Shown here: positions 12,345 to 23,800 of the stretch, one piece after another
Position numbering within the stretch: position 1 is the first letter of the stretch
Layout: each line of letters begins with the position of its first letter
Assembly: GCA_946965045.2 (NCBI GenBank)
Contig: OX337233.1
Location: 2,108,001-2,172,000, forward strand
Length of the DNA stretch: 64,000 nucleotides
Source: Epithemia pelagica
Taxonomy: Eukaryota > Protista > Bacillariophyta
Direction of reading: 5' to 3'
Translations under genes and position numbers: made by a program
The notes under the pieces: generated by a model
The model's database searches: none
What the model was told of the DNA's origin: nothing
What the model saw: the letters and a program-made list of their open reading frames with translations, nothing else

Positions 12345-13607
12345 ATGTTCATCAAGCATATCTTTACCTTCTTGTCTGCCATTCCTGTTCTGGTTTTCGC
12401 TGGTCCCATCGTGACATGTGAATCCCAGTGGCCATGTCTGCGGTTCACTTATGATTCCCTTCCGACCCAGGAATGTGGTGGAGAATGCTGCGAATACCAA
12501 GTCTGCATGATCCTAGACTACAGCGGAAGCTGTACCAAAAGTGGAACTGTTGCCCACACTTGTCAGAAGCCCGATAGCGGTGTCTGTTTGGACGGAGGTT
12601 GCTTTGATGGCGTATCCACAGCAGTCAAGCACATTGGAGACGGCTACACGAGTTGTCAGACTGTCCGACCAGGTGGACTGGCAGAGTTCCTCGTCAAAGA
12701 TGGAGATGCCTTTGGTGCTTGTGGAAACATGGCGTTTTCTCTCTTGGGTGGAGTCCCAATTACCTGCGGGACCCTCTTCTTCAAGTCATGCACTGGTTTC
12801 GCTAATTTTGGGAAGGAATGTGTGTGGAAGATCAGAGTCCCACAGAGTTGCGGTAAGAACGGAGGAGGTGGTGGTGATCCTCACTTCAAACTTTGGAATC
12901 GCGATCGATACATGTTCCACGGTGAATGTGATTTGGTGCTGCTCAAGAGTAACGACTTTGCGCTTGGCCTTGGATTTGATCTTCATATTCGAACAACCAT
13001 CCACCATTCATACAGTTACATTGAGGCTGCTGCGCTTCAGATCGGCGATTCTATCTTGGTGGTTTCTGGTGGACGTTTCTGGGTTGACAGTAAGGAAGGA
13101 TCAGACGACGTCCTCCCAATTTCGTTTTCAGGCTTCTCGCTGAATCCTCCTTATACACATGGTACTGCAAAAATATACCAACTCGACCTAAATCAGGGCG
13201 ACAAGATTCTCTTTCGTAACTACAAGCATTTCCTCACCGTTGATGTTTCCGGTAACGAAGAGGATTTTGGAACTAGCGTTGGACTTCTCGGAGACTACGA
13301 AACAGGATCCATGATTGCACGTGATGGGGAAACGGTCATCACCGACGCAGATATGTTTGGTCTTGAGTGGCAGGTCCGAAATGATGAGCCCACACTCTCT
13401 TTAGAGACTCGTGAGCCACAGCATCCTGTAGAAACGTGTAAGATGCCCACAGAGGCCTTCAAAAGTCGAAACCTTCGAGAGAGCAAGGACGCAGAATTGG
13501 TCAAGGCTGCTGAAGAAGCGTGCGCTGGAAAAGGCTTGGAAGATATTGAGTACTGTATCTTTGATGTGCTGGCAACCGCAGATACAGGCTTGGCTGGAAT
13601 TTGGTAA
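12345..13607 (+). CDS. Secreted Cys-rich protein with a von Willebrand factor type D domain
   Basis: Signal peptide, Cys-rich N-terminal domain, GGGGGDPHFKLW...FHGECDLVLL VWD motif, and GLLGDY. Confidence 0.85.
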   Translation: MFIKHIFTFLSAIPVLVFAGPIVTCESQWPCLRFTYDSLPTQECGGECCEYQVCMILDYSGSCTKSGTVAHTCQKPDSGVCLDGGCFDGVSTAVKHIGDGYTSCQTVRPGGLAEFLVKDGDAFGACGNMAFSLLGGVPITCGTLFFKSCTGFANFGKECVWKIRVPQSCGKNGGGGGDPHFKLWNRDRYMFHGECDLVLLKSNDFALGLGFDLHIRTTIHHSYSYIEAAALQIGDSILVVSGGRFWVDSKEGSDDVLPISFSGFSLNPPYTHGTAKIYQLDLNQGDKILFRNYKHFLTVDVSGNEEDFGTSVGLLGDYETGSMIARDGETVITDADMFGLEWQVRNDEPTLSLETREPQHPVETCKMPTEAFKSRNLRESKDAELVKAAEEACAGKGLEDIEYCIFDVLATADTGLAGIW

Positions 13608-13807
13608 TGTTCTCATATATTGTGAATTGTGAGAAGACGAAAAAACTGTACATGAAGCAGTCACGCACATATTCCCAGAAAGAAGCCGCGTCTCGTCATA
13701 GTAATCAAAGTTTTTCGCATGACTCTTCCGTATGTTGCCTCACTGGCCCAAGGATTGCATTGGAATCAAAGTCGTGTATTATGAGAACAGCTATTGTTGT
13801 ACGGGTA

Positions 13808-16138
13808 TCAGGCCCAATGCTCCTTGAGCACTCTTTGTAATCTGCAAACGCCGTGACCAGGTCCCCATTGACAGTCCGCGTCCGTTGTTGCGACCTCATC
13901 TGATTCGTTGCACATCCCGGTCGGCCAAGCATCATATTGACCGGAGGGACTGTCCGTGGTAACAAATCCTGAGGAACAACGCGTTACCTGGGATGCTGCG
14001 GTTTCTCTGTTCACACAGAGTTGTGTCAGGAGCAATGCTTCCCAATCGACTAAGCATAGGGCCAAGGTATGAAACCCTTCCATACCGGCCAAATCAGAGG
14101 GTGTACATCCTTCCCCGTCTGGTGCAATGAGATCGAGCAGGCGTTTTGCTCCCACTCCCTCGTTCTTGGTTGAAATTAGACAATCGTCTTGAAGAGAATC
14201 TTCAGTTGCCTCCTCCTTTGGATCTCCCTGTAATCCCAATTTATGTGTGACGAACCATTGAACCACCGAATGGGCATTTCGTTGAGCGGCCTTGTGTAAA
14301 ACCCCATGTCCATTGTGATTTTTGTGATACAAATCACACCCCACGGAATCGAGCCATTCCAACGTTTGTACATCCAGTGTTTGTTCTGCCTCCTCTACAA
14401 CAGTTGTCGCTGGTTTCTTTTCTATCACAACTGGAGCTGGATTTCCGTCACTCGGCTTGACCTTGATCTTTTCGGTGGAGCTGCCACCCGTCCTTCCTCC
14501 CTGTGCAGCCCACAAGGCGGCATTGCATCCATAGTGATTGACCGTATGAACGTCACATCCGTGGCGATACAAAATACGCAAGACGTCCAAGTGTCCTTGC
14601 CACGCCGCCCATCCCAATGCGGTTGTCCCATCCGCCGTCTTGGCTTCCAACAAGACTGACAAAGGACCAGTCTCATGTTCCCGAGTCGTAGCGGACGACC
14701 CACAAGTTGGTAATGTGTGGTTGCTGGTCGCGGCCGTTTGTGTTTGGGACAGCAAGTATTCGACAATATGTCCATGTCCGTTTCGTGCGGCCCAATGAAG
14801 GGCCGTGCGACCTCCAAAACCACCCTGTTTGCGTTGTTGCTGAACATGGTCCAATGGATTACACTGACACTGGTGTACCAAGTATTGAACCATGGCCAAA
14901 TGTCCACCCCCGGCGGCCCACAACAAGACCGACGCCCCATGACGATCCATGTCGCGATTGGGATCAAACTGACCCGTGGAGATCCAATAGTGTCTCAAGG
15001 CCTGGACATGGCCACCAGAAGCCAATTCATAGGGCGACAACAAGGATAAGGGGTCAACACTGCTGTCGAGGTCCTCTGGTTCATCCTGAGGACTTCGGTT
15101 GCCATTGGCGCCGTTGCTGACGCCGTTTTGGTCCATGTTGGAAACATGAGTTGTGGGGTATGTGTTGGTTGGTTGTCCTTGATAAACGACAAGGGCATGA
15201 TTGCCAAGCAATTGGTGTTGTTGAGACTGAACATTGTTTGTGGCTGTGCCATGTGAGTTGCCATGAACTTGTTGTTGATGCCACCACAATCCCTTACTGG
15301 AAAACCATTGGCTGCAAAAAGGACAGGGCCACTTTTGCGCCAAGGTGTACAAGGCCTGTCGACGACGAGGCGACACCAGCATTATGAATCCGGATTGGGT
15401 ATTGACCGTCATGTAAAAGCCTTCCAAGATCAACAACCGTGATGATGATGATGATGAACCAGAAAACGAGAACCCGGTTCTTTCCATGTCATTGCCCTCC
15501 ATCCTCTCGTCGTCCGGATCCAAATCCACATGATACGGTTCCTGTTCGTCATGATCAAATCGTTGTTGTTGCATCCAATCGGCCAGCAACGAGGCTAGTT
15601 CGGAAGGAGACTGGACGGTTCGTGTCAAGCCCCACCGCGACGTGACCTGTACAGAATCATGGTGTGGTGAAGCATGTTTGGGTGACTGAGACGACATGTC
15701 GTCGTGCTTGTGATCCCGAAGTTGTCGTTTCAAAACGTGAAAGAGAGAGGTGGCCGTTCGAACTTCAATATCCCATGGTTTACCGTTCAAATTGTGAGAG
15801 GCATTCGGCGTGGTAATGGTAATGGTTCGGCAAACCCACTCAAAAAACGCTCGTCGTTCCGCTCTTTGTTGTTGATGATGAGGAAGAGTTCCTGTTGGGG
15901 TGATATTTCTGGGATTGCGGATATCCTCTTGTTTCTTGTCGTCATTGTTGATATTCCGTCTTGTTACTCCTGGTTCAACCTCTTGTGAATCAGCAACGGG
16001 GAGAGAGGACGATGACGAGCAAAAGGATGGAGGTTGTCCACCGCACAAATCTACAACTGCCCTCCAAACACTTTGACGAACTTGCCGTTGCACCAAATCA
16101 GTCGACGCTTCCTCTCTCTTCCCACCCTTTTTCACCAT
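13808..16138 (-). CDS. Ankyrin-repeat protein with a C2H2 zinc finger
   Basis: CPFCSQWFSSKGLWWHQQQVH. Ankyrin repeats GASVLLWAAGGGHL, GRTALHWAARNGH, GTTALGWAAWQGH, GHGVLHKAAQR. First ATG at 16138; an upstream exon is possible. Confidence 0.8.
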   Translation of the reverse strand: MVKKGGKREEASTDLVQRQVRQSVWRAVVDLCGGQPPSFCSSSSSLPVADSQEVEPGVTRRNINNDDKKQEDIRNPRNITPTGTLPHHQQQRAERRAFFEWVCRTITITTPNASHNLNGKPWDIEVRTATSLFHVLKRQLRDHKHDDMSSQSPKHASPHHDSVQVTSRWGLTRTVQSPSELASLLADWMQQQRFDHDEQEPYHVDLDPDDERMEGNDMERTGFSFSGSSSSSSRLLILEGFYMTVNTQSGFIMLVSPRRRQALYTLAQKWPCPFCSQWFSSKGLWWHQQQVHGNSHGTATNNVQSQQHQLLGNHALVVYQGQPTNTYPTTHVSNMDQNGVSNGANGNRSPQDEPEDLDSSVDPLSLLSPYELASGGHVQALRHYWISTGQFDPNRDMDRHGASVLLWAAGGGHLAMVQYLVHQCQCNPLDHVQQQRKQGGFGGRTALHWAARNGHGHIVEYLLSQTQTAATSNHTLPTCGSSATTREHETGPLSVLLEAKTADGTTALGWAAWQGHLDVLRILYRHGCDVHTVNHYGCNAALWAAQGGRTGGSSTEKIKVKPSDGNPAPVVIEKKPATTVVEEAEQTLDVQTLEWLDSVGCDLYHKNHNGHGVLHKAAQRNAHSVVQWFVTHKLGLQGDPKEEATEDSLQDDCLISTKNEGVGAKRLLDLIAPDGEGCTPSDLAGMEGFHTLALCLVDWEALLLTQLCVNRETAASQVTRCSSGFVTTDSPSGQYDAWPTGMCNESDEVATTDADCQWGPGHGVCRLQRVLKEHWA

Positions 16139-16427
16139 CTCCTTCACTGTGAGTTGCTAGACATGAGTGAGAATGAGACAAAGAGCAGCAGGGGGTGACA
16201 CAACAGAGCTCTCTATTGCCATGGTGTGATTGGTGATGGGGTTCTTGGTGTGAGAGCTTTGGCGTGGTCCCGTCTGTCCTTCTCCCCATCATGCTTTCGC
16301 TCGGCGGTCGGACGTCGTATTACTCATCTAAAAATCTATTCCCCTACTCCCAGAGGCCCATAGATTTTGAAAATCTTGTTCTATCATAGAGTAGTAATGT
16401 GTAAGACTCTATGTGTCTACGTTTGGA

Positions 16428-18185
16428 TTAGATACGACGAAAGCGTTCCGCCGAGTTCAGAAGGACCCAAAAGAGGGAATCCAATCCAGCCTCCGCCTTG
16501 GCGGCATCCAACAATCGGATCCACGAATTCAGGTCGTCGCGGAGCGCCTTGGCCATTGCTCCGTCGTGGTCCCTACCCGACGGAGAACGCCGACTACTCG
16601 TACTACTACGGGAGCATTCCAATGGCGTTTGTGGAATGGCTGGTCGCAAGAGTCTCCGTCCGGCACGGTTCAAGACTTGACAAAATTCAATCTCCTTCCA
16701 AAGGCGTTGTTCCTCACGGTTTTTGAAAAAGTCAAAGCTGAGGTGTTCCATTTCATAATTTTCCGGCATGGCATTGGCAATGTCTCGCATTTGACTTGCC
16801 GACAAGTACTTGCGGTCATTCTTATCGTCGTCTACTCCCAAGGAACGGAGGGGTGGTACATTTTGGCGCAACAAGGCGACGAGCAAATCCGTCGCATTGG
16901 TTCCTCGGATCCGACACCCGTGTACTTCCAAATGTTGCAATTCCGTACCCTCTGACCGCCACCCTGAGGATGATGAATTGGTAGTAATCGAACGATTGGT
17001 CAAGAGCGTCTTTTGGCCAATCTCAACAAGAGTTTGAAAAATGTAAATTGTCATATCTTCCGACAAATCACAGTAGGACAGATCTAGAGACTGTACCACA
17101 AAAGGACACACTCGAAACACGTGTTCCAGGCCCTCCAACCCCATGCGGTAGTTGCCTCGCAAGAGGAGTTGTTGAAGAGGTGTCGAAAGTTCTTGTAGTG
17201 CTGTGGCCATGATTTGGAAATCGTGGGGATCAAAATTACACAGCGACAAATCCAAGGAAGAGGCCTTTTCGGCGCGTATCAAGGCAGCCGCACCCTCGCC
17301 CGTCATGAAGCGATTGCCTCGAACCGACAAGAACGTGGTGGGGATGATTTCATTGGCGAGATGAACGATATCGTCATCCTTCAAATCGCAATCCACCAAA
17401 CGCAATTCGCTAAGACAATGGTAGTTGTGTGAATTGGGACCATGGGCGCTCAGGACAACTGGTACAACAGTGGTTTGGTTCGGTACAGATGGTTTGAATA
17501 AAGAGTGTCGATCCTTGTAGACTCGCTGGGAAAAGTTATTGGAATCGTTGGTTTTGCTGCTGCGCTTGCTAGAACCAGAGTTGGGACTCGAGCGCAAGCT
17601 GCTAGATTCCGTCGCAGAAAATAATGTAGTGGAGCCACTGCTTCGAGCCGACGCCGTCATGTCTGATCTCTTATTATGATGAAACGAACCACTGTTGTTG
17701 TGGACCGACATGGTTTGCAAATTGAGCGACGACAGGGATACTTGAGACTGCAAGAATTTCGCCAAAACATTGGCAGGAATGCAGTCGTTGGTCAACACCA
17801 GATGAATGGATTGGAGTTGATGGGGTCGGATCGACTCGGCCAGTGTGACCAAAAGATACACGAGGACATCTTGTCGCTTTTGCCAATTCCAACCAATACT
17901 TACGCGGCGCAGGGAGGTGTTCTCTCGAAGCGCCTTGGCCAGAGACGACGAAAGGGAACGGATTCCTGGAACATGGGCAGAATCATGCCACCCCAACCGA
18001 AGTTCCACCAACTTGTTGTGCTTCAACTGGTAAATGATCTCTTCCCACTGATCGGCCACTGGCATGGAGGATCCATCGCCTTCGTGGGTACTGTTGTTAC
18101 TCTGTTGTTTCTGTTGATGCCGTCGCTTCTGGGCCGCAATCGAGGATGCTAGTTTCTCCGCGCCGTATGATAAAAAGAAGGACAT
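16428..18185 (-). CDS. RNI-like leucine-rich-repeat protein
   Basis: LRR units (LSELRLVDCDL, SLDLSLCNF, LQQLLLRGN, LDLSYCDL) and a C-terminal LNRAGRRLL block. First ATG at 18185. Confidence 0.8.
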   Translation of the reverse strand: MSFFLSYGAEKLASSIAAQKRRHQQKQQSNNSTHEGDGSSMPVADQWEEIIYQLKHNKLVELRLGWHDSAHVPGIRSLSSSLAKALRENTSLRRVSIGWNWQKRQDVLVYLLVTLAESIRPHQLQSIHLVLTNDCIPANVLAKFLQSQVSLSSLNLQTMSVHNNSGSFHHNKRSDMTASARSSGSTTLFSATESSSLRSSPNSGSSKRSSKTNDSNNFSQRVYKDRHSLFKPSVPNQTTVVPVVLSAHGPNSHNYHCLSELRLVDCDLKDDDIVHLANEIIPTTFLSVRGNRFMTGEGAAALIRAEKASSLDLSLCNFDPHDFQIMATALQELSTPLQQLLLRGNYRMGLEGLEHVFRVCPFVVQSLDLSYCDLSEDMTIYIFQTLVEIGQKTLLTNRSITTNSSSSGWRSEGTELQHLEVHGCRIRGTNATDLLVALLRQNVPPLRSLGVDDDKNDRKYLSASQMRDIANAMPENYEMEHLSFDFFKNREEQRLWKEIEFCQVLNRAGRRLLRPAIPQTPLECSRSSTSSRRSPSGRDHDGAMAKALRDDLNSWIRLLDAAKAEAGLDSLFWVLLNSAERFRRI

Positions 18186-18754
18186 GATGCTCACGACACT
18201 TACGATATGAAACAGTGCTTAGCGTATCTTGTGCCTACAACGTGCCGAATCTTGTTTGTTCTCGTTGGTGGACGACGAAAGAACGGAAAGAATGGGAAAG
18301 AATGATGTGTTCACAGTTCACAGTCCGTTCCGTTGCGAAAATGGATCTGTTACCCAACTTTTAGCACTAAAAACAAATAGCGCACCGAAAAATACAAATG
18401 CACGCACCAAAAAAAAATTCCTTGCGTTTTCCTTAGCGTTACAATATTCATCGTTTTTTCACAACCCATCGTTTGTATCCATTATTTCTTTTGTTTTGCG
18501 GCTCCGTCTTCATTCCTATTCCTTTTCCCTTCTCCACCATCACCATCCGGCATATCATCATCCAATCCATCCCTTGTTTCATGGAGAGCACTTCCATTGC
18601 CGCAGTGCCATCCTTTCACCTTATTATCATTGTTTTTAAATGATCATCTGTCGTACCTCATCGGGTCACCATTGTCCATTCTGTGGTCCCCAATCTCTCA
18701 TTTCTTTCCCCCAACCCAGATAAAGAGACATTGAGTCCCGGTAACCCTTGGTCT

Positions 18755-18911
18755 TATTTGTCGAGTGTTTTGTTTCCAAATGTCGCAACATTTGCCTACA
18801 AATAAGTGCATATTTGTGACAAATACAATAACGTGAGTTTTTTTCTATCATATGTGGTCTACAAATACGTGCACTGCATCTATTTGTCGATCCGGTCGAC
18901 AAATAGATGCA
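18755..18911. repeat. Cluster of inverted repeats built on TATTTGT/ACAAATA, including a perfect 16-bp hairpin
   Basis: TGCATCTATTTGTCGA-TCCGG-TCGACAAATAGATGCA (18875-18911), CAAATGT-CGCA-ACATTTG (18777-18794), TATTTGT-G-ACAAATA (18811-18825). Confidence 0.8.
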
Positions 18912-19394
18912 AATCTCATGACGTCATCTCCACTTATGCCTTTATTTTTCCAGATCTTTGTGACAGCATTGTCGCACACGTGACAAACTCATCTGCCAAA
19001 CGCACCTTTGCTTCTGTTCCAACCATTCTTCCTTGTCGACCTGGTCCTGCTTGTATCCCTTTGACTTCCTGGTACGTTCATTACATGATTCCAATGGATT
19101 GTGCTATATGATCTAACAACGACACAAATCTTTTGCTCCAACGCCATTGATTCCCTTCGTTTATTTTTGTTTCGGAACTACCACCCTCTGCCATCAGAGT
19201 TGATCATTGGCTTTGGTTCCTTTCTTTTTGATCTACCTTTTTGAGATCGACACAGAATTTGTCCGGCGCAAGCGACACTGTGGTAGCTTGGCTGGCTGGT
19301 GGTGTGAGTGACACTGTGGTAACTCGACCAGCAAATTCTGTTCCTCAAGACGTATCCCCAAGACAATTTCCCATCCTTGAATGCTGAACCAAGA

Positions 19395-20860
19395 ATGTCT
19401 CTCAGGAAGAAGAAGGGCAAGGATACCGGAAAGGAAGAACAGATCTCTGCTGAAGATTTCAACCTACTCCGTTGTTTTATCAATTTGATCAAGCCCCTAA
19501 CAAATGATTCTGCAAATGTCTCAAATCAGAGAGAAGACAACTCTGGTTCTGACAGTGATTTTACAGATTCCAACCCTGATGACGAGTTATCTGACGATTC
19601 GAACAATACAACACCTACACCCACACGTGTTACAAGATCTACAACCGGTGCATCTTCCCACAACAACCGTACCTCTCAAAATTTGAAAAGGAGAGGCTCT
19701 ACTACGTCTCTTTCACGCTCAAGAAAGGAACGTCCTAGAAAGTATCAGAAGTCTGAGAAGAAGGGCAGAGTTCAAGCTAATGCAGAAGAAGAAATGCATG
19801 TAGATGAAGATGTTGGGTCAGATGAAGAAAATCTTGTCAGTCATGTCGACCCTCAGGATCTCCCTGAGACGTTCGATGGAAATTTAGACGAAGAGCATCG
19901 TCATAGATTTAACCTTGAAGTTTTTGGTAACTCATTTGCTGATGTTGCGAATCTTTCACCCGAAAGTGGGGTTGCTGGTGCAAATACCAAGTTCATGTCC
20001 AGGTCCCAAATGGATCATGAAATATATATCAAAAGATTCTGGAGTACTGGCGACCCAAGAGCCAAGGGTCCTGCATACGAGGGTGCACCTGACCCTAGAA
20101 CACCTATAGGATTTCGTAAACTGTATCCTCAAGGACGAAATGCAAAGCTTGTGCGAAGAGAGATTCGATCAATTACGTTACCTGATGGTACAGTGGAATA
20201 TTTATTGTACGACAGAGACTTACGGGTTGTTGCCGTTGAGGACGTGTTTGATACAATAAGAGAGAAGCATATTCAAACTGGACATAAGCTTTCAGAAGAG
20301 ACGACTTACAACCTCATCAAGAATGAGTACCATAACATCACTATTCGCCAAGTCAAAAGTTTCATCAAGGGTTGTCCTCAGTGCATGTTGCAACGCAAGA
20401 AAACAGCACCACACAAGGGAGCATCGAAACCTATTCGTTCCTTTGGTTTTCGAGACCGCTTCCAGGCAGACCTTATCCTAATGGATGAAGAAGGAAAGAC
20501 AGGTGCCAAAGATATCTACGGGGTCGAAATGCATTACATTTTGTCTTGTAAAGACCATTTTTCACAGTTCGTAATGCTCGCTGCGATACCAAGCAAGAGT
20601 CCCACCTACATAGCTCATCAATTGGGAAATATGTTTGGTATTGTTGGTTTTCCAGCTATATACCAGAGTGATAATGGGTCTGAAGTATGTGGAAATGAAG
20701 TGATTTCCATGCTACTCATTAACAATCCCTACATCCACACATGTACTGGGAGGCCCCGTACTCCACGTGAACAAGGTTCTGTTGAAAACGCAAATAGGGG
20801 GATCAGGAATGCAGTGCAGTCAATTGTTGCAGAGGAATGGGCAAAAGGTAACAACACATT
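19395..20860 (+). pseudogene. 3'-truncated Ginger/KRBA2-type DDE integrase (transposase)
   Basis: H2C2 zinc-binding region (H-IQTGH...CPQC) and integrase core RFQADLI, KDHFSQF, YQSDNGSE, GRPRTPREQGSVENAN. Homology stops near 20855; the rest of the ORF is out-of-frame copia sequence. Confidence 0.75.
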
Positions 20861-23800
20861 CATGGCCCCGATACACCTTCCTTCTTTTCCATCTATGCTG
20901 ATCAAGATGGCAACGACCCCACACTTCATGCGTCTGTCCACAAACTCTACAAGGAACAATACGACTGGAAGAAATTTCGCCCTTTCTTTGGGTGGCAATC
21001 GGAAGACGTAATCGCCGATACGTTCAAGCATGCAACTCGTCATGGACACATTTCCTTTGACCAGGATACCTTGAAGAAACACTTTAAGGCCCGGAATCCT
21101 ATCCTTAACCTCCCACGACGGCATGAACCCGTTGCCACTGACTCCATCTTCTCCGACACCCCGGCTGTTAACCATGGTGGCAAGATTGCTCAGATTTTTG
21201 TTGGTCGTGATACTTTGGTTACTGACATTTATGGTATCAAGTCTACCAAGCAATTCGTCAATACCCTCCAGGATAACATTCGTACACGTGGTGTCATGGA
21301 GACTTTGATCAGTGATGGTGGTTCGTCACTTATTTCCCACAAGGTCAAGGATATTCTTCGCACCCTTCTGATTGGTGAATACCGTTCCGAGCCCTATCAT
21401 CAACACCAGAACAAAGCTGAGAACCGCTATCAGACCGTTAAGCGTATGACCAATGCTATCATGAATGCATCTGGTTGCCCTGCTTCTGCATGGTTACTTT
21501 GTTTAGAATATGTGTGTGACCTCCTCAATCACACTTCCTCTCCCACCCACTCTGGCCGCACCCCTCTTGAGGCTCTTACCGGTACCCCACCCGACATTAC
21601 CCATCTCCTTTTCTTTCCTTTCTGGGATGAGGTCTACTATCGTGTCGACCCTTCTGAACCTACCTCCGGTTCTTACCCTTCGTCTCCCGACGAGAAGATT
21701 GGCCACTGGGTTGGTTTTGCCCACAATGTTGGTGATGCCTTTACTTGGAAGATCCTCACTGCCGACAACGTCATCATCTACCGTTCCGCTGTCCGTCGCG
21801 TTGCCTCCACTACCCCCAACCTTCGTGTGGATATCTCTTCAGGGGAGGAGTCGCCGCATAAACCCACTGACAAGCAAGGTGACACTGTCTTTATTCGCAG
21901 CAGAAGTGAAGACCCATCCACACCTATGCCAACAATTGACTACGACGATTTAGTTGGACGCACATTCCTTTGTGACATTGAAGAAAATGGGGAGCGCCAC
22001 CGAGCACGAGTAATCAAACGAGTTGTCGACCTGGAACAAGATGCAACCAAACAAGAAGATCGACTCAAATATATCTTTCGCAAGTCTAACTCCAATGTTG
22101 ATGAGATGATCTCCTACAACCAGCTCATGGAATACATTGAAAGGGATAATCAAGCCCAAACGACAGGGGATAGTCTCTTCCGATTCAGAGACGTTATTGC
22201 ACACCAAGGACCTCTGAACTCAAGCGACCCAGACTATAAAGGGAGTAAATATAATGTCCTTGTTGATTGGGAGACTGGGGAGACGACATACGAACCTCTA
22301 TCTCTTATTGCAAATGATGACCCCATCACAGTCGCCATCTATGCCAAGAAAAATGGTTTGCTGGATCTACCTGGATGGAAACATCTCAAGCGATACGTCA
22401 AGACAAGCAAAAGACTCATTCGAGCAGCTAAACAATCCAGGATCAAACAAGTTCGTCGTTCTATCAAGTACAAGTTTGGTTTCCAAGTACCTCGCACCTA
22501 TGAAGAAGCAGTGGAACTAGACAAGCAATTTGGGAACACGAAATGGCAAGACGCAACAGAATTGGAACTCTCACAGATCCAATCGTATAACACTTTCAAG
22601 GACCATGGAAAAGCCAAGCTCATTAATGGAAAATTGGCCAATGCACCAGAAGGATATCATAAGATAAGAGTACATCTGGTCTTTGATGTCAAGCATGACG
22701 GAAGGCATAAGGCACGACTTGTCGCAGATGGACATCTCACCAAGGAACCCGTTGAGACCATCTATTCAGGGGTTGTCTCCATTCGCAACCTTCGCATTGC
22801 CATATTTCTTGGAACCATGAACGACATGGAAATATGGGGAGCAGATATTGGGAACGCATACCTAGAAGCATTGACAGGAGAGAAGATTTTCATCATTGCA
22901 GGACCAGAGTTCAAGGAGTTAGAAGGACATATCTTGATCATCTACAAGGCATTATATGGTCTCAAATCCTCAGGTGCTCGCTGGCATGACAAACTGTTTG
23001 ATGTTCTCATTGATATGGGATTTTCTCCAAGCAAGGCTGACCCTGATATTTGGATGAAGAAGGCTCCTGGAGAAGACTGTTATGAATATATCGCTGTATA
23101 TGTTGATGACTTAGCTATCGTTGCCATGGACCCTGAAGCTGTCTGCAAGATCTTTACAGAAAAATACAACTTCAAACTCAAAGGAGTCGGACCTATTGAG
23201 TATCACTTGGGGTGTCGTTATACCAAAGATCCAGACGGTACACTTGTGTCTGACCCACGAAGGTACATCGAGAAGATGATGGATACCTATGAACGATTGT
23301 TCAATGAGAAACCCAAGAAAGCAAAGCCGCCAGTCATTGCTAACGATCATCCTGAACTCGATGACTCTGAGCTCTTAGATGAAGAAGGGACCCAGCATTT
23401 CCAGACTCTTATTGGACAACTGCAATGGCTAATTACCATTGGCCGTTTTGATGTCTTTCCTGCTACCATGACTCTATCAAGGTTCAGAGCTGCTCCAAGG
23501 ATTGGTCATTTGAAGCGAGCTAAGCGCATCTATGGATACCTCATGTCATTTCCTGATGGGTCTATCAGATTCCGCACTGGGGAGCCAGATTTATCAGCTT
23601 TACCTATCCAAGAATACGATTGGAGTCGTACCGTATACATGGACGCCAAGGAACGTATCCCTGAGGACTGTCCAACCCCACTTGGGCGTTTTGTGACAAC
23701 TATACATTATGTCGACGCAAATCTCATGCATGATATGGTTACTGGGAAAGCAGTTACAGCCATCCTGCATTTTGTAAATGGTACACCCGTGGACTGGTAC

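Noticed and set aside
20861-21011. C-terminal tail of ORF 19377-21011 as part of the integrase
   Set aside because: It is an out-of-frame reading of copia pol.
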